NCBI GenBank assembly: GCA_965233585.1
Contig: CBDDTI010000745.1
Coordinates: forward strand, 384,001-448,000
Origin: a bacterium
Lineage (GTDB): Bacteria > SAR324 > NAC60-12
Direction of reading: 5' to 3'
DNA length: 64,000 nt
The notes below the pieces were generated by a model. The model was not told the origin of the DNA and ran no database searches. It was given only the letters and a program-made list of their open reading frames with translations. Positions 42,386 to 51,742 of the stretch are shown here, one piece after another. The stretch's first letter is position 1. Every line of letters starts with the position of its first letter. A program made the translations under genes and the position numbers.

Positions 42386-44206
42386 CTATTTCACGGTGAC
42401 TGATTTTGCTAAATTTCTAGGTTTGTCAATGTTTCTATTGAGCTTGACTGCCGTGTAATATGCAAAAAGTTGTGCAGCAATCAGTTGAAGTAAAGGAGCT
42501 AACCAAATATGAGTTTTAGGCAAAGTCATGTTCAAATCAACCGCCTGTTTAGCAACGTCATCACCCTCAAATGAAAGACCTATCACAAACCCTTGCCGTG
42601 CTTTGATTTGTTCAATGGCAATTAAAGACCTTTCCCATAGTTCAGATTGCTCTGGTGGTGGAATAAAAAACAGAGAATCAACAGACTGGTCAATCATGGC
42701 AAGCGTTCCATGCTTCAAAAACCCTGCTGACATGCCTTCTGCATGAATATAAGCGACCTCTTTCATTTTTAGAGCTGACTCCATAGCGATTGGGAAGTAA
42801 GCACCACAGCCTAGAAAAAAACAATGATGCTTGAGTTCCATTTCTGCAACAAGGCTTTGAATCGTCTGTGATTGTGTCTGAATCATGGATTGAATGAGAG
42901 AGGGAAATGATTTGAGTGCTTGATGAAAGGTGTCGTACTGTGCTTTTGCGTCTTCGTGCTGAATGACCTGCACTTCAAAGGCAGTTTTAAGCAGAATCAG
43001 CATTTGAGCCAATGCAGCTTTAGTAGAAAGGACACAAATTTCAGGACCAGAACCTTGCATGATGGTGAAGTCTGCAATTTGGCTGATGGTAGAACCCATG
43101 ACATTCACAATCGCCACTGTTGGAGTCTCGTGTAATTTAGCATATTCTAAGGCACAACGCGTGTCATAAGTTTCCCCTGATTGAGAAATCGCTAGTGCAA
43201 ATCCATCTTTTCCTAAAACTGCTAAACTTTCAAATTCATCAGCACTGACTGCCATCGCATGAGTTTTTGAAATTTGAGCCAAGCAATATTGTGCAAATTG
43301 TGCCACGTAGTGAGTTGTTCCAATTCCAACCAAATAACTGTTACGGGATTTTAGCAAAGAACGAGCTAACTTTTGAATGTCTTCTTGGGCAATTTGTAGC
43401 ACTTGCTCACAAGTTTCAGGTTGTTCAAAAATCTCTTTCAGCATGTAATGGTCATAGCCTCCCTTTTTGGTGGCTTGAGTCGTCCATTCCAAAGTCAAGA
43501 CTTCAGATAAAACTTGTTGTTGTGCTTGTAAGGTTTTTACACAATAGAAGTCACTTTTGACACAGGCATATTCTTGGTCACGCAAGATGACAGCTCGTTT
43601 AGTGTGTTCCAAAAAGGCGTTGGCATCAGAGGCAATGAAGTTTTGAGTCTCTCCTAATCCCAAAATAAGAGGGGATTTGTATTTTGCACAAAATAAAGTT
43701 TCAGGCTCGTAGAGGCTCATCATGCAAACAGCAAACGCTCCTTGCATTTGACAGACTGCATGGACAAATGCCTGTTCAACTGACTGAAGCCTTCGGTATT
43801 CACTGGAAATGAGATGTACAAAAACTTCAGAATCTGTTGAAGATTGAAACATAACTCCTTCTGCCTCTAGCTGATGACGTATGCTTTGATGATTGGAAAA
43901 GATGCCATTATGCACGATGGCAAAGTCTTGTTTTTCTGAAAGATGCGGGTGAGAGTTGGGACGATTAACCTTTCCATGTGTTGCCCAACGTGTGTGTGCA
44001 ATGCCAATATGCCCACTCATTGACAAAAAATCTTCCTTGACGTTGACCTCTCTCACTGTCCCTGTGTTCTTTCTTAAATCCATCTGATTTTGATTTAAAA
44101 TTGCCATGCCACAAGAATCATATCCTCTATACTCCAAACTTTTGAGAGCATTCAACAGGTGATTGGCAACAGACATTTGACCCACAATTCCACTAATTCC
44201 ACACAT
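42386..44206 (-). CDS. glmS: Glutamine--fructose-6-phosphate aminotransferase
   Basis: MCGISG, EYRGYDS, HTRWATHG, SQSGET, PRNLAKSVT. Confidence 0.97.
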   Translation of the reverse strand: MCGISGIVGQMSVANHLLNALKSLEYRGYDSCGMAILNQNQMDLRKNTGTVREVNVKEDFLSMSGHIGIAHTRWATHGKVNRPNSHPHLSEKQDFAIVHNGIFSNHQSIRHQLEAEGVMFQSSTDSEVFVHLISSEYRRLQSVEQAFVHAVCQMQGAFAVCMMSLYEPETLFCAKYKSPLILGLGETQNFIASDANAFLEHTKRAVILRDQEYACVKSDFYCVKTLQAQQQVLSEVLTLEWTTQATKKGGYDHYMLKEIFEQPETCEQVLQIAQEDIQKLARSLLKSRNSYLVGIGTTHYVAQFAQYCLAQISKTHAMAVSADEFESLAVLGKDGFALAISQSGETYDTRCALEYAKLHETPTVAIVNVMGSTISQIADFTIMQGSGPEICVLSTKAALAQMLILLKTAFEVQVIQHEDAKAQYDTFHQALKSFPSLIQSMIQTQSQTIQSLVAEMELKHHCFFLGCGAYFPIAMESALKMKEVAYIHAEGMSAGFLKHGTLAMIDQSVDSLFFIPPPEQSELWERSLIAIEQIKARQGFVIGLSFEGDDVAKQAVDLNMTLPKTHIWLAPLLQLIAAQLFAYYTAVKLNRNIDKPRNLAKSVTVK

Positions 44207-44239
44207 AAAATAAGATTTAAAAAAGATTAAGAGAGAGAG

Positions 44240-44923
44240 TTATTTTGATTGTTTTAATTCAATGGCATCTAAAATCAGATGAAACACTTGATCAATTTTT
44301 TGATGATCAGTGTCCAGCTCAATCGCATCTGGTGCAGGAATAAGAGGAGCAAGGGAACGTTCTTGGTCTCGTTGATCTCGTTCTTGCATTTGTTTCAACA
44401 CCTCTTCATACTTTGCAAAATTGTTTTGTTCTTGAAGTTGTAGCAATCGTCTTTTTGCCCTGACTTCACCAGATGCTTTCAGGAAAAATTTACAAAAAGC
44501 ATCAGGAAAAATGACTGTTCCAATATCTCTACCCTCCAAAACAGCGCCTTGCTTGAGTCCTTCTTCTTCTGCGGCACTGACAAGTGACCTTTGCTGCAGT
44601 TTCATGTGTTCTCTTATTTCAGAAAAGCAACTAATCTGAGAAGCCAATTTTGAAATCTCCTCCGTGCGAATCGCTTGCGTAACATCAACCCCATTACAAA
44701 AAAAAGTTTGGTCTTGGAAGTGCAATTTGGTTTGACTTCCAATGTCTGACAACACTTGTGGTGTAGTCTCCAGATTTCGTTCCTTCCAAACATAAGCAAG
44801 GCAACGAAACATGGCGCCTGTGTCAACATAAAGGGAGTTTGTCTTGACTGCAATCATCTTGGCAAGGGTGCTTTTTCCTACCCCTGATGGTCCATCTATC
44901 GTAATAATTTGAAATGATTTCAT
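44240..44923 (-). CDS. cmk: Cytidylate kinase
   Basis: IDGPSGVGKST, DTGAMFR, EGRDIGTVIFPDA, RDQRDQER. Confidence 0.96.
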   Translation of the reverse strand: MKSFQIITIDGPSGVGKSTLAKMIAVKTNSLYVDTGAMFRCLAYVWKERNLETTPQVLSDIGSQTKLHFQDQTFFCNGVDVTQAIRTEEISKLASQISCFSEIREHMKLQQRSLVSAAEEEGLKQGAVLEGRDIGTVIFPDAFCKFFLKASGEVRAKRRLLQLQEQNNFAKYEEVLKQMQERDQRDQERSLAPLIPAPDAIELDTDHQKIDQVFHLILDAIELKQSK

Positions 44924-47454
44924 TTTTGGTTTAGAGAGTGTGTGAGCTTTTCAATCGCCTCTTGTTCTTTAGGTTTTTTAAGTTGTTGGTAGGCGAATTT
45001 GATTTTTTCAAAAATTTTCTTCTTCTCTGGTTGAGGCATTTTTGGGTTGAGATAGATCAACCTCAAGTAAGAGGCAATCGCTGTTTCATACTCTTTGCTT
45101 TGGAACGCCTGTGAGCCTTTTTCTCTAAAAAAAACAAGAGGTGGTTCCGTGTCAAGTGTCTGCAATGCTGTTTGAAGAGACTTTTGAGACTGTTTAAATT
45201 GCCTCATCGCAGTTTGTTCATGGGCTAGTTGAATATTCAAAGCCACTCGTTTTTGTTTGGAAATTTTGGGAGATTTAAGGAAAAACTGATACGCCTGAAT
45301 GAGATTGTTTCGTGTACGTTGCAGCTTTTTAGCCTCCTTTTTGGGGTTATAATGTGACGTCATCAACAACAAAATTTCAAGATATTGTTCATCATAAATT
45401 TGAATGGACTCAAACGATTCAGCATGTTGAATAAATTTAGATTTTAATTGGAGTTGGTTGGCAAGAGATGCGATGTGATAATAACAGATTCTACGATTTT
45501 CAGCGACTGCATAATTTAAAGCATTTTCATAGTATTTCAAAGCATCTTGTTTGTTTTGCAGAGTCAATGCCGTAGATGCCCGTTTCATCAAAATCCATTC
45601 TTTCTGTCTTGGAGTCAGTCGTACTTTTAACATTTGACTACTGGTGCTAATCAGGGTCTCAAGTTGCTTTTTTTGCTCAAGAGCATCAAGTTGCATTCTC
45701 ATCACAGGATACTGTTTGCGGTGTCCAAATTGTTCTATGAGAGAAAGCGCATTGTCCCAGTCTTTTAAAGCCATGGACGACTGCATCCACAATTCTAAAT
45801 GATAGTTTGAAACAGGGTTTTGAGGGTAGTCTTGATGCCACTTTTCAAACAACTTTTTAGAGGTCATATAATCTCTTTGAACAAAGGCAATTTGTGCAAG
45901 TCTATAATAACTTTCATCAATGTACCTGGAGTCTGGGTAACGTTTTATTAAATTCTGAAAAGACCTGTGAGCATTAGAAAAACGATATTGAGACAAGTAA
46001 AATTGACCTAGAAAAAATTGCTTGTCATCACCTCTTTCGCTAGAAGGAGACACTTGATGAAAAGCGAGTCGGTAGAGTTTTTGATGTAATTGATAATGCG
46101 TGACTCCTAACCAGAAAAAAAACTCAGAACTCTGTTCTAACTCCGAAAAGTCTGCAACTAGACGTTGTAAAAATTGAGACGCCTCTTTGATTTTTTTCTG
46201 CTTCAATCTCAAGGCTGCTTGATTAAAGAGCGCTGCTCCTGCTATTGATTTTTGATTTGATGAGCCAATAGCCATATTGTATAAATCAAAAGCAAGTCGT
46301 TGTTTGTTTAACTCTTCATAGGCAATACCTTGCAGTAAATAGTGTTCGCTTAAAAAGAAGTATTGAGGAAGAATTGGGGGATCAAATTGTGCTAGAAAAG
46401 AAAAATTTTTTTGCAAAAAAGCAGCTTTTGCAAGATTGATTGTTTCAGTTCCTGACGTCTCTGGTGGTAGTTGTTTTAAAAGCTGATGCGCTTGTTGAAT
46501 CTGATTTTGAATCAAAGCGAGATAAAACTCTGCCTGAATCAGCAAAAGAGGATTATTTAAACCCCTCTGTTGAAGCATTTGAAAATGTCTAGTCGCTGTT
46601 TTCCAATTTTTATCAAGAAGCTCCAACCAAAACTGGACAACAAAAACTTTCTCCATTTCTGGGTAATTGTAGAGGGTATGTTGGTAGTCTTGGACAAGGC
46701 GAACCACAATCTGTTTGTCTCTTTTTAAAAAGCTGATTTCTGCAATCCAGCCAATAATTGAAACAATATGAGGAGACCTTGGGAATTGTCTTTGAATGCT
46801 TGCAAAAACCTGAAGAGTTTGCTCATAATTTTTTTGACTCATGTAAGTATATGCTTTGAGATACAAAATGCTTTCAATAAATTCTGGCTTTTTAAAATGC
46901 TTTTGGTAGTCTTCAATAGACTGGGTTGCAAGGTTCAACTTTCTACGTTTGACAAGAATCCAAACAAGTGCGTATGCACTTCGTGCAGCATAATCAGTTT
47001 CCATGTTTTGACCTACTGCTTGTTTAAAGTAATTCCTAGCTCTTGTGAGCTGTTTTTGTTCTAACCAAGTTCGTCCAATCCAATAAAGCGAGGCTTGCAC
47101 GATTCTTGGGTCATCTTCACTTTCTAAAATAGCTTTTTCAAATTGGGCAACACTACCCTCAAAATCTCTTGCTTCGTAACGTTTGACTCCCTCAAAAAAG
47201 TAATCCTTTGCATCAACCCAAAAGCTAGGAAAAGACCAATCTTTTGGGACAGGATGTTGATATTGCTCAAAAGGGGGAATTTGTTGAGATTCCAATTCAA
47301 ATGGTTTGGGAATCTGAATGTTCACGTTTTTAGGATAGGGAATTTGAAGATCATAATTGCCTAATTCTGTTGAAATCTCTTGGGGGTATGCAAAAGTCCC
47401 CACTATGACTAAGAAAAATGTGAAGAAGAGTTGCTGACTAAATTTTTGGATCAT
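44920..47454 (-). CDS. Exported tetratricopeptide-repeat protein
   Basis: Signal peptide; repeated TPR-like helical units (YWIG...A..YF, FQNLIKRYPDS...YYRLA). Confidence 0.75.
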   Translation of the reverse strand: MIQKFSQQLFFTFFLVIVGTFAYPQEISTELGNYDLQIPYPKNVNIQIPKPFELESQQIPPFEQYQHPVPKDWSFPSFWVDAKDYFFEGVKRYEARDFEGSVAQFEKAILESEDDPRIVQASLYWIGRTWLEQKQLTRARNYFKQAVGQNMETDYAARSAYALVWILVKRRKLNLATQSIEDYQKHFKKPEFIESILYLKAYTYMSQKNYEQTLQVFASIQRQFPRSPHIVSIIGWIAEISFLKRDKQIVVRLVQDYQHTLYNYPEMEKVFVVQFWLELLDKNWKTATRHFQMLQQRGLNNPLLLIQAEFYLALIQNQIQQAHQLLKQLPPETSGTETINLAKAAFLQKNFSFLAQFDPPILPQYFFLSEHYLLQGIAYEELNKQRLAFDLYNMAIGSSNQKSIAGAALFNQAALRLKQKKIKEASQFLQRLVADFSELEQSSEFFFWLGVTHYQLHQKLYRLAFHQVSPSSERGDDKQFFLGQFYLSQYRFSNAHRSFQNLIKRYPDSRYIDESYYRLAQIAFVQRDYMTSKKLFEKWHQDYPQNPVSNYHLELWMQSSMALKDWDNALSLIEQFGHRKQYPVMRMQLDALEQKKQLETLISTSSQMLKVRLTPRQKEWILMKRASTALTLQNKQDALKYYENALNYAVAENRRICYYHIASLANQLQLKSKFIQHAESFESIQIYDEQYLEILLLMTSHYNPKKEAKKLQRTRNNLIQAYQFFLKSPKISKQKRVALNIQLAHEQTAMRQFKQSQKSLQTALQTLDTEPPLVFFREKGSQAFQSKEYETAIASYLRLIYLNPKMPQPEKKKIFEKIKFAYQQLKKPKEQEAIEKLTHSLNQK

Positions 47455-47620
47455 TGGTTTAACTAATTGGTTTAATTAAAAGAGTTTAAGAGGTTGCTAA
47501 ATGTTGCTAGAATGCAAGTTTGGAAATTTTTTGAAGACCCGTTTTTTCGGTTCTTATCATTTTTCGTCAATCATTTTTGGTGATATGACAACTTTTTAAC
47601 AAACTTTTTGAAAAAGACAG

Positions 47621-48625
47621 ATGCAGATTAATTTTACTAAATGTCATGGTTCTGGCAATGATTTTGTGTTGTTAGACAATGATTTAATTGCAAAAACTTG
47701 GAAAATTGAACAGATCAGTGATTTTGCAAAAAAGGTTTGCCAAAGAACCAGTCTTGTCGGTGCAGATAGCTTAATTTTGATAGAAAGTGATGCCCAATAT
47801 GACGCCCAAATGACTGCCTATAATGCTGATGGAACACCTGCTGAAATGTGCGGAAATGCGTTGCGTTGTGTAGCCAGAAAGTTAATGGAATCCCAACCTC
47901 ATGTTAACTCTTTTCAAGTTAAGATTAGCGATGGAACAGTTTTAAATTGCTGGAAAGATACAATGCTAGCAGACAAGGTTGTGACAATGGGAGTTGAAAT
48001 AGGCAAGGCATCTTTAAACATGGTCAAATGGTTGCCAACATTGATGCAAGAACATGAAGTCTTTCTAAATCAACAAATAGAGATGCTTGATACACAACAA
48101 ACCTTTAGTGCCGTTGCCATTCCAAATCCTCACTTAGTTGCATTTGTAGAAGAAATAGATCAAAAAAAGTTGTCTCAATGGGGTCAGACAGTCTCTGCAA
48201 ACTCTGAAGTTTTCCCTTATGGACTCAATGTCAGCATGGCATCATTGATTGATGCAAACACCATGTTTGTTTTAACTTATGAACGGGGGTGCGGCATCAC
48301 AGCCGCATGCGGTACTGCCATTTCTTCAAGTTGTTATTTGGGAATCCTCCATCAGTTTTTTAGTGAAGGGGAAAAAATCACGGTACATACTCCCGGTGGC
48401 GTCGCAAGTTGCATTGTTCCCTCAATCAAAAAAGGCATCATTCAGTTTTCTGGTAACGCTACTTTTGAGTATCATGCAACCTTAGAATATGACCATCAAA
48501 ATCAGGTTTGTTCAAACCTAAGAAAGTTGCAAGAGTTCAAGACCGAACAAATGGCTTTTGAACACTTTTTGAAGCAAAGACCTTCTGCCGTTTTGGATAT
48601 TCTAAACAACGAAAAAAAGCATTGA
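47621..48625 (+). CDS. dapF: Diaminopimelate epimerase
   Basis: FTKCHGSGNDF, AEMCGNALRC, PNPH, TYERGCGITAACGT. Confidence 0.96.
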   Translation: MQINFTKCHGSGNDFVLLDNDLIAKTWKIEQISDFAKKVCQRTSLVGADSLILIESDAQYDAQMTAYNADGTPAEMCGNALRCVARKLMESQPHVNSFQVKISDGTVLNCWKDTMLADKVVTMGVEIGKASLNMVKWLPTLMQEHEVFLNQQIEMLDTQQTFSAVAIPNPHLVAFVEEIDQKKLSQWGQTVSANSEVFPYGLNVSMASLIDANTMFVLTYERGCGITAACGTAISSSCYLGILHQFFSEGEKITVHTPGGVASCIVPSIKKGIIQFSGNATFEYHATLEYDHQNQVCSNLRKLQEFKTEQMAFEHFLKQRPSAVLDILNNEKKH

Positions 48626-48702
48626 TTATCGCTAATTGATGCTAATTGACCTTTCTTAAAAGACCGACTTTTTCGGGGTGCAAACCCTAAGTGTTTTCTT
48701 CT

Positions 48703-50280
48703 TTATAATTTAACAGAATGAATCAAAAGGATTCCTGTTTGTTTCTGAAGTGTTTCAATCACTTGGGGTGCAATGGGTTCATCAATGCCAATCAAAGCCA
48801 TAGCTTTACCTCCTTTGGTGTTTCTTGAAAGGTCAAAACGAGCGATGTTGACGTTCTGATTGCCAAGAGCTGTGCCAATGCTACCGATGACTCCCGGTAT
48901 GTCTCGGTTCACTAAAACAATGAGATTTCCAAAGGCTTCCATCTCAAATCTAAAATCATTGAGCAAGGTAATCCTTTGGTCTATGCCCCCAAGAATCCCA
49001 CCACCAATCACCAATGAATGAGAATCATCATGGAGTTTGAAAGAAAGAACAGTTTTGTAAGATTCGTGTTTGGCAACAACATGACTGCTGATATTCACCC
49101 CAGCATTTTTAGCAATTTGTAGAGCATTGACATAGCTAACGTCATGTGTTTTTTGGAAAAACCCTTTAAGAAAAGCTAATTTCAACAGCATGTCGTCTTC
49201 TTGAGCAAGGACTCCAGAACGTTGGATGAATAATTTTTGAGGTCTAAAATGGAACAACTGGCAGGCAAAGCGTCCTAATTTTTCTGCAAGAGAAGTATAT
49301 TGAGCCACCTGAGAACTCACAGACTGAATGAGGGGCATATTGACAGGGTGATCTACTACTTGACCACGCAATGCTAAAGGGACTTGTTTGGAGATGCTTG
49401 ATGCAATTTTGATTTGGGCTTCCTTCGTTGATGCTCCAATATGAGGAGACATCACCACTTGTTCTAATTTTTGCAAAGGATTCTCTTTCAATGGTTCGTC
49501 TTCCCACGTGTCTATTCCAGCAGCTGCAATCATTCCTGAAACAAGCGCTTGGTATAAATCTGACTCTACAACGATGCCACCACGTGCGGCATTGATGACA
49601 ATCGCACAGGGCTTCATCTGCTCAAAACTTTTTGCATCAATCATTCCTATTGTCTCCTCTGTTTTTGTCGCATGAATGCTAATAAAATCCGATTGTTGTA
49701 GCAGTTTTTCAAGGCAGACAGACTCCACATTTCTATTGACGAAGGCTTCATCAGAGATATAAGGGTCATAAGCCATAACATTCATATCAAAGCCTTGAGC
49801 AAACTTGGCAACGCGAGACCCTACTGTTCCCAGCCCAATGATGCCAAGAGTCTTTTGTTGAAGTTCCAAACCCACAAAAAGATGCCTGTTCCATTTTCCA
49901 TTTGCAGTAGAATGATGAGCAGGAATTAACTTTCTGGCAGCTGCCAAAAGCAGAGCAAAAGTCAACTCTGCTGCAGAGTTCGTATTTTGTGCAGGAGTGT
50001 TCAAGACAAGAATCCCTTTTTGTGTGGCATATTGAATGTCAATGTTATCTACACCAACAGCGGCACGGGCAATCACTTTCAGCTTTGATGCCTTATCAAT
50101 CAATTCTTTTGAAATGGGTGTTTCAGAGCGTGTGATGATGCAATGATACTGGTGAATCACTTCAAGAATTTTATTGGGGTCAAGTTCAGGCAAGAAATCA
50201 ACAGCAAGGTCTGGTTCTTGTTTCAGTGCATCAATCCCAGAGTCATGGATTGTCCCAGTAATCAAAATACGAAATGTCAT
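48703..50280 (-). CDS. serA: D-3-phosphoglycerate dehydrogenase
   Basis: ARAAVGVDNID, GLGTVG, INAARGG, PHIGASTKEAQ, C-terminal ACT domain NRDIPGVIG. Confidence 0.93.
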   Translation of the reverse strand: MTFRILITGTIHDSGIDALKQEPDLAVDFLPELDPNKILEVIHQYHCIITRSETPISKELIDKASKLKVIARAAVGVDNIDIQYATQKGILVLNTPAQNTNSAAELTFALLLAAARKLIPAHHSTANGKWNRHLFVGLELQQKTLGIIGLGTVGSRVAKFAQGFDMNVMAYDPYISDEAFVNRNVESVCLEKLLQQSDFISIHATKTEETIGMIDAKSFEQMKPCAIVINAARGGIVVESDLYQALVSGMIAAAGIDTWEDEPLKENPLQKLEQVVMSPHIGASTKEAQIKIASSISKQVPLALRGQVVDHPVNMPLIQSVSSQVAQYTSLAEKLGRFACQLFHFRPQKLFIQRSGVLAQEDDMLLKLAFLKGFFQKTHDVSYVNALQIAKNAGVNISSHVVAKHESYKTVLSFKLHDDSHSLVIGGGILGGIDQRITLLNDFRFEMEAFGNLIVLVNRDIPGVIGSIGTALGNQNVNIARFDLSRNTKGGKAMALIGIDEPIAPQVIETLQKQTGILLIHSVKL

Positions 50281-50551
50281 GGTCTTTTTAGATAGTTATT
50301 TTTTGTGATAATTGTTTTTTATGAGGGTTGGAAGTGTTTGACCAGAAAAGACCCCATCTTTTTTGTCAAAAACCCCGAGTTATTTGAGTTTTAGGCAAAA
50401 GTATCAGGAAAACAAAAACTTATTCTAGCATAGTTTTTTGTCATCTGTGATTCTGTGCTGTGTCATTTCATTTTAATCCAGATTTGTGTTAACTTATCTC
50501 AAAGACACACTTGCTCAAAATCATCTCTCCAAACTTTTTTGACTGGTAAGC

Positions 50552-51733
50552 ATGCAAGAATTATTGAGATTTTCTGTTGTAAGCAGTACTGATGAAGAGA
50601 AAAGGACTTTGATAAGTCGTCTGGTTTGTGAAAGCAACTTGCTGATGCAAAGATTGGTTGGCAAAAAGCATACAAAAAAGGCATCTGATCTTAAAAAATC
50701 TTCAATCGCTAATGACAAACCTTCATTGGATTCTGTGCATCTCCACTTCCAAACACCCAATCGCCAATTTACAATGATAGATTTTCTGCATGAGTCGCAA
50801 AATATTAATCATTTGGTTATGAATGCCTCGCATTATGATTTGGTAGTCATCTTGCTTGATGCCCAAAAAATTCCTTCAGAAGACACTTTAAGATACTTTC
50901 ATCTTGCCCAATTTTTAGGACTTGCAAACATTGTCATCTGTGTCAACCAAATAGACCAAACTGGGTACTCTCAACAAGCATTTGATGCCGTCAAAGCTCA
51001 ACTTTTTGTTGAATCTGCTGAAACAAAAGACAACATGCCTGCATTCATTCCTATTTCCACACTCAAAGGAGATAACCTTGCAGAACCTTCCAAAAAAATG
51101 TCATGGTATCAAGGCGACTCACTTTTAAGGCATCTTGAAGAAGTCACCCTACCCCAAAGGCAACATGCCACCCGCTTTGCCATACAGCTAGCTTTGCAAG
51201 GTAGATATGTTGGAAACTTGCTACAAGGTCAACTGAATGTAGGTGAGCAGGTTGGTTTAGGATTGTCTGGAACTCGTACCACCATACAATCCATAGAACG
51301 TAGCGGGCAAGAGGTTTCTTCACTTCAAGCAGGGCAAAGTGCTATTTTGACTTTGTCTGAAACATTTGACCTCAAATGTGGTGATTGGATTTATCGCAAC
51401 CCCACACCTATTTTTGAAAATTATTTTTGTGCCAATTTGTATTGGCAAGGCAGCAATCCTTTTCAAGAGGGTCAACAGTTTGAACTGCGTCAAGGTTGTC
51501 TGAAAACTGTTTGCCGTGTAGATGAATTGATAGGCGTCATTAAAATTAGAAATGGTAGATTAGTGGTGTCTGACCAAAAAAAAGTAGAAGTCAATGACCT
51601 GTTGCAAGCCTCATTGATTGTGGCTGACCCCATCTTATTAGAAGATTACCGAGCTTCCAAAGAACTGGGCATGCTGAGGTTAATTGACGAAAAGACAGGC
51701 TTGACCTGTGCAATAGGAATGCTTGAAGCATAG
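50552..51733 (+). CDS. CysN-like (sulfate adenylyltransferase subunit 1 fold) protein with degenerate GTPase motifs
   Basis: LLRF..., FQTPNRQF, PISTLKGDNL, MSWYQGDSLLRHLE, LIDEKTGLTCAIGM match the CysN architecture, but G1/G3/G4 are altered. Confidence 0.75.
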   Translation: MQELLRFSVVSSTDEEKRTLISRLVCESNLLMQRLVGKKHTKKASDLKKSSIANDKPSLDSVHLHFQTPNRQFTMIDFLHESQNINHLVMNASHYDLVVILLDAQKIPSEDTLRYFHLAQFLGLANIVICVNQIDQTGYSQQAFDAVKAQLFVESAETKDNMPAFIPISTLKGDNLAEPSKKMSWYQGDSLLRHLEEVTLPQRQHATRFAIQLALQGRYVGNLLQGQLNVGEQVGLGLSGTRTTIQSIERSGQEVSSLQAGQSAILTLSETFDLKCGDWIYRNPTPIFENYFCANLYWQGSNPFQEGQQFELRQGCLKTVCRVDELIGVIKIRNGRLVVSDQKKVEVNDLLQASLIVADPILLEDYRASKELGMLRLIDEKTGLTCAIGMLEA

Positions 51734-51742
51734 CAATCATTT

